Part shown: one piece after another, positions 61,918 through 64,000 of the stretch
Layout of the letters: every line of letters begins with the position of its first letter
Numbering within the stretch: position 1 is the first letter of the stretch
From: an uncultured Verrucomicrobiota bacterium
GTDB lineage: Bacteria > Verrucomicrobiota > Verrucomicrobiia > Limisphaerales > UBA1319
DNA length: 64,000 nucleotides
Direction: 5' to 3'
Assembly (NCBI GenBank): GCA_964409245.1
Contig: CAYPCQ010000025.1
Location: forward strand, 8,429-72,428
Notes under the pieces: model-generated
Database searches by the model: none
What the model was told of the DNA's origin: nothing
Seen by the model: only the letters and a program-made list of their open reading frames with translations
Translations under genes and position numbers: made by a program

Positions 61918-64000
61918 ATGAATCCGCGTGAAAGAAGACGCCTGCCATCAGTGAACGACCGGCCAGGGGTCTGCGCGTTGGCGGCTGTCTTAATGGTTCC
62001 TGAGCCAGCCTGCCCAGCGCGCAGGAAAATTAATCCTGGGTCAATTGGGTGGAGGATAGGGGCTTTTCTGCTGGGCCTGGCCTTTCAGGTGATGGCCCAA
62101 AACCAGCCCAGCTTGCCCACTCTCTATTCCGCCCGCCAGGTGCTTAACCTCACCCCCCAGGAGGCCCGGCGGGGATACCCGGTTCGCCTGCAAGGGATTG
62201 TCACCGGCATTTGCAAAGATACCGCCCTGTTATTTATCCAGGATGCAACGGCTGGCATCTACCTCTATTTCAGCCCCTTCGACCCCTCCTGGCGCCAATC
62301 CACCCTTTTGGAAGTTGAGGGCGTTACCGATCCTGGCCGCTTTTCCCGCATTATCCTGGCCAGCAAAATCACCTCCCGGGGCCAGGGCCAGATGCCTGGC
62401 CCCAAGCCGGTCACCCTGTCGGAAATTGCCACTGGAAGCCTGGATTCCCAATGGGTTGAGGTGACGGGCCGCGTCAGCTCCCAGCTGATGCAGCAGCGTT
62501 ATCCGCAGTTGGAGCTGGAACAGAACGGCGAAAACCTGAAGTTGATGCTGCTGGAGGCGGCCATGGATTGGAAGGGGAACCTCTCGAACCAGACCGTCCG
62601 GGTCGCTGGCATAGCGATCTGCAATTATGACTCCAACCAAAAGCCCAGCGGGTTCAGCATTGCGGCCCAAAACCTGGCCAATGTATGCCTGGTGGATGCC
62701 AATCCGGACCAAGGCTGGGCTGCCCCAGCCCAGCCGATTGCCCAACTGGCCACCCACCCATTGCGTGGGGTTTCCGGCCTGCAGGTCCATGTGCAAGGGA
62801 TTGCCACCTACGCCAATCCCGGCAAAACCATGTTCATTCAAGATGCAACCGGCGGCGTGAAATTACACACACCACAGGTTGCATCCGTCCAGCCCGGGCA
62901 AAAAATCGATGCCGTGGGTGTTTTAACCACCGCCCCCGGTCCTGCGGCTTTGCAGCAAGTTTTTTTTAAAACGGAGGCTCTCGCGCAATTGCCGGAGCCC
63001 AAGGCGGTCTCCGTGGAACAACTTCGCCCCGGCCTTTACGACTGCCAACTGGTCTCCTTAACCGCCCAATTGCTGAAAATTTCCAGCCCGGAACCCGAGG
63101 TGACGGTTCTGGATCTGGCGGCCGACTCCCAACTCATCCACGCCATCCTCCGGCAACCCGGCGAACTCCTGAAGCTGCCGGCTGCCTGCCACGTTCGCCT
63201 TACGGGGATCTTTGATCCCCAAGCCGCCCCCAGCCATCCGGCAATCCTGCTGCGATCCTCCGGGGATGTCGTGGTTACCCAATACCCGGGAGGCTGGATC
63301 CTCACCCGGATTGCGCTGCTCATCCTGGCCACGCTGGGCCTGCTCGGTCTCGGCATCCTTTGGCTGAAATCGCTCCGCACCGGCATCCGCCTGGAAACCG
63401 CCCGCCTGCGCGAGCGGGAACAGGCCTTGGCAGCCCGCTGCCAGGATCTTTTTGAGAACGCCAACGACATGATTTTCAATCTGGATCCAACGGGCTTGTT
63501 TACCGCCGTCAACCAGACCGCCGAAAACTTGACTGGTTACCGTCGGGAAGAGCTGCGCAGCATCAACATCCTGGCCGTTTGCTGCCCGGAAAGCCGGGAC
63601 ATCATGCGGCAGTGTTTGGCCAACGCCCCGGGCTCCGCCCGGTTTTATGACGAGGAAATAACGATCCTCGCCAAGGACGGCCGGCGATTGCACCTGGCAG
63701 TCGATCTGCGCGCTGATTATGTGGATGGGCAGCCATCAGGTTTTCGTGGCATTGCCCGCAATACGACCCAGCGCAAGCAAGCCGAGGAAGCCTTGCAAGC
63801 CAGTGCCAGCCAACTGCGCCAAATGCTCCTCCAGCGCGAAGAGCTGGGACGCGATTTGCATGATGACATCATCCAATCCCTTTATGCGGCAGGCTTGGGC
63901 CTGGAGGATTCCCAATACTGCCTGGAACGCGATGTCCCCGCCACCCGCCAGCGTTTGAAACAAGCTTGCGAAATCTTGAACCTCCTGATCCGGAAAATCC
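61918..64000 (+). CDS. sensor histidine kinase (3' end cut by window edge): periplasmic repeated OB-like modules, TM, PAS, HisKA_3
   Basis: Not in the ORF track because no stop is reached. I translated frame 1 by hand. ATG 61918 lies 1 nt after the upstream stop. Signal/TM IGAFLLGLAFQVMA. Repeats VRLQGIVTG..LLFIQDATAGIYL and VHVQGIATY..TMFIQDATGGVKL. TM ILTRIALLILATLGLLGLGILWL. PAS FENANDMIFNLDPTG..AVNQTAENLTGY. HisKA_3 H-box ELGRDLHDDIIQSLYA. Confidence 0.8.
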   Translation, partial: MNPRERRRLPSVNDRPGVCALAAVLMVPEPACPARRKINPGSIGWRIGAFLLGLAFQVMAQNQPSLPTLYSARQVLNLTPQEARRGYPVRLQGIVTGICKDTALLFIQDATAGIYLYFSPFDPSWRQSTLLEVEGVTDPGRFSRIILASKITSRGQGQMPGPKPVTLSEIATGSLDSQWVEVTGRVSSQLMQQRYPQLELEQNGENLKLMLLEAAMDWKGNLSNQTVRVAGIAICNYDSNQKPSGFSIAAQNLANVCLVDANPDQGWAAPAQPIAQLATHPLRGVSGLQVHVQGIATYANPGKTMFIQDATGGVKLHTPQVASVQPGQKIDAVGVLTTAPGPAALQQVFFKTEALAQLPEPKAVSVEQLRPGLYDCQLVSLTAQLLKISSPEPEVTVLDLAADSQLIHAILRQPGELLKLPAACHVRLTGIFDPQAAPSHPAILLRSSGDVVVTQYPGGWILTRIALLILATLGLLGLGILWLKSLRTGIRLETARLREREQALAARCQDLFENANDMIFNLDPTGLFTAVNQTAENLTGYRREELRSINILAVCCPESRDIMRQCLANAPGSARFYDEEITILAKDGRRLHLAVDLRADYVDGQPSGFRGIARNTTQRKQAEEALQASASQLRQMLLQREELGRDLHDDIIQSLYAAGLGLEDSQYCLERDVPATRQRLKQACEILNLLIRKI

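Overview
GC-rich bacterial chromosomal segment, densely coding on both strands. No rRNA, tRNA, CRISPR array, transposase, integrase or prophage gene was recognised. The gene content suggests a PVC-type (Verrucomicrobiota-like) organism, but that placement is inference only. The supporting content is a WD40-fused Ser/Thr kinase next to an ECF-type sigma, a Tat-signal DegT aminotransferase, a cassette of prepilin-like genes, and Ig/PKD-decorated secreted proteins ending in a YFRL-type tail.

Recognisable blocks in order:
- Partial STK-WD40 gene, convergent with an ECF-like sigma operon.
- Mla/MCE lipid-transport operon with three MlaD paralogs, followed by a YacL-like PIN/TRAM gene and a Memo-AMMECR1 fusion.
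- FecR and CHASE2 adenylate cyclase pair.
- ChlI-like AAA+ gene plus a vWA gene.
- Nine-heme c-type cytochrome with Ig/PKD modules, then an Ig-like protein and an RmlD-like reductase.
- TetR-MFP-RND efflux operon.
- LamG-fused glycosidase-like protein.
- GldA / SnoaL-like / beta-propeller / SDR / Tat-DegT / 2-hydroxyacid dehydrogenase cluster.
- dCMP deaminase, GlcF-like Fe-S protein, SNase.
- Two small secreted proteins, one of them poly-proline.
- GH51 arabinofuranosidase.
- Two tandem two-domain paralogs.
- LarA plus a short secretion-ATPase-like gene.
- Orphan NtrC-type sigma54 activator, then a priming sugar transferase.
- 1107-aa sugar-kinase/UDP-sugar-pyrophosphorylase fusion plus a GalU-like gene.
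- Two-subunit class I fumarase.
- Four-gene pseudopilin cassette and a partial HisKA_3 sensor kinase.

Most noteworthy observations:
1. A dnaX-type A_AAA_AAG slippery heptamer lies 13 codons before the ChlI-like stop. A -1 shift there reads directly into the vWA frame, which has no nearby ATG/GTG start (only two in-frame TTG codons).
2. Two good sigma54 promoter matches share an unusual AATGC -12 element, one before the sugar transferase and one before the pseudopilin operon, and an NtrC-family activator sits in the window.
3. The kinase/pyrophosphorylase fusion has an uncharacterised N-terminal region.
4. The STK / ECF-sigma / unknown-protein module has no canonical anti-sigma.
5. LarA is translationally coupled to a degenerate CpaF/VirB11-like ATPase.

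All functional calls come from motif recognition by eye. No database search was run.
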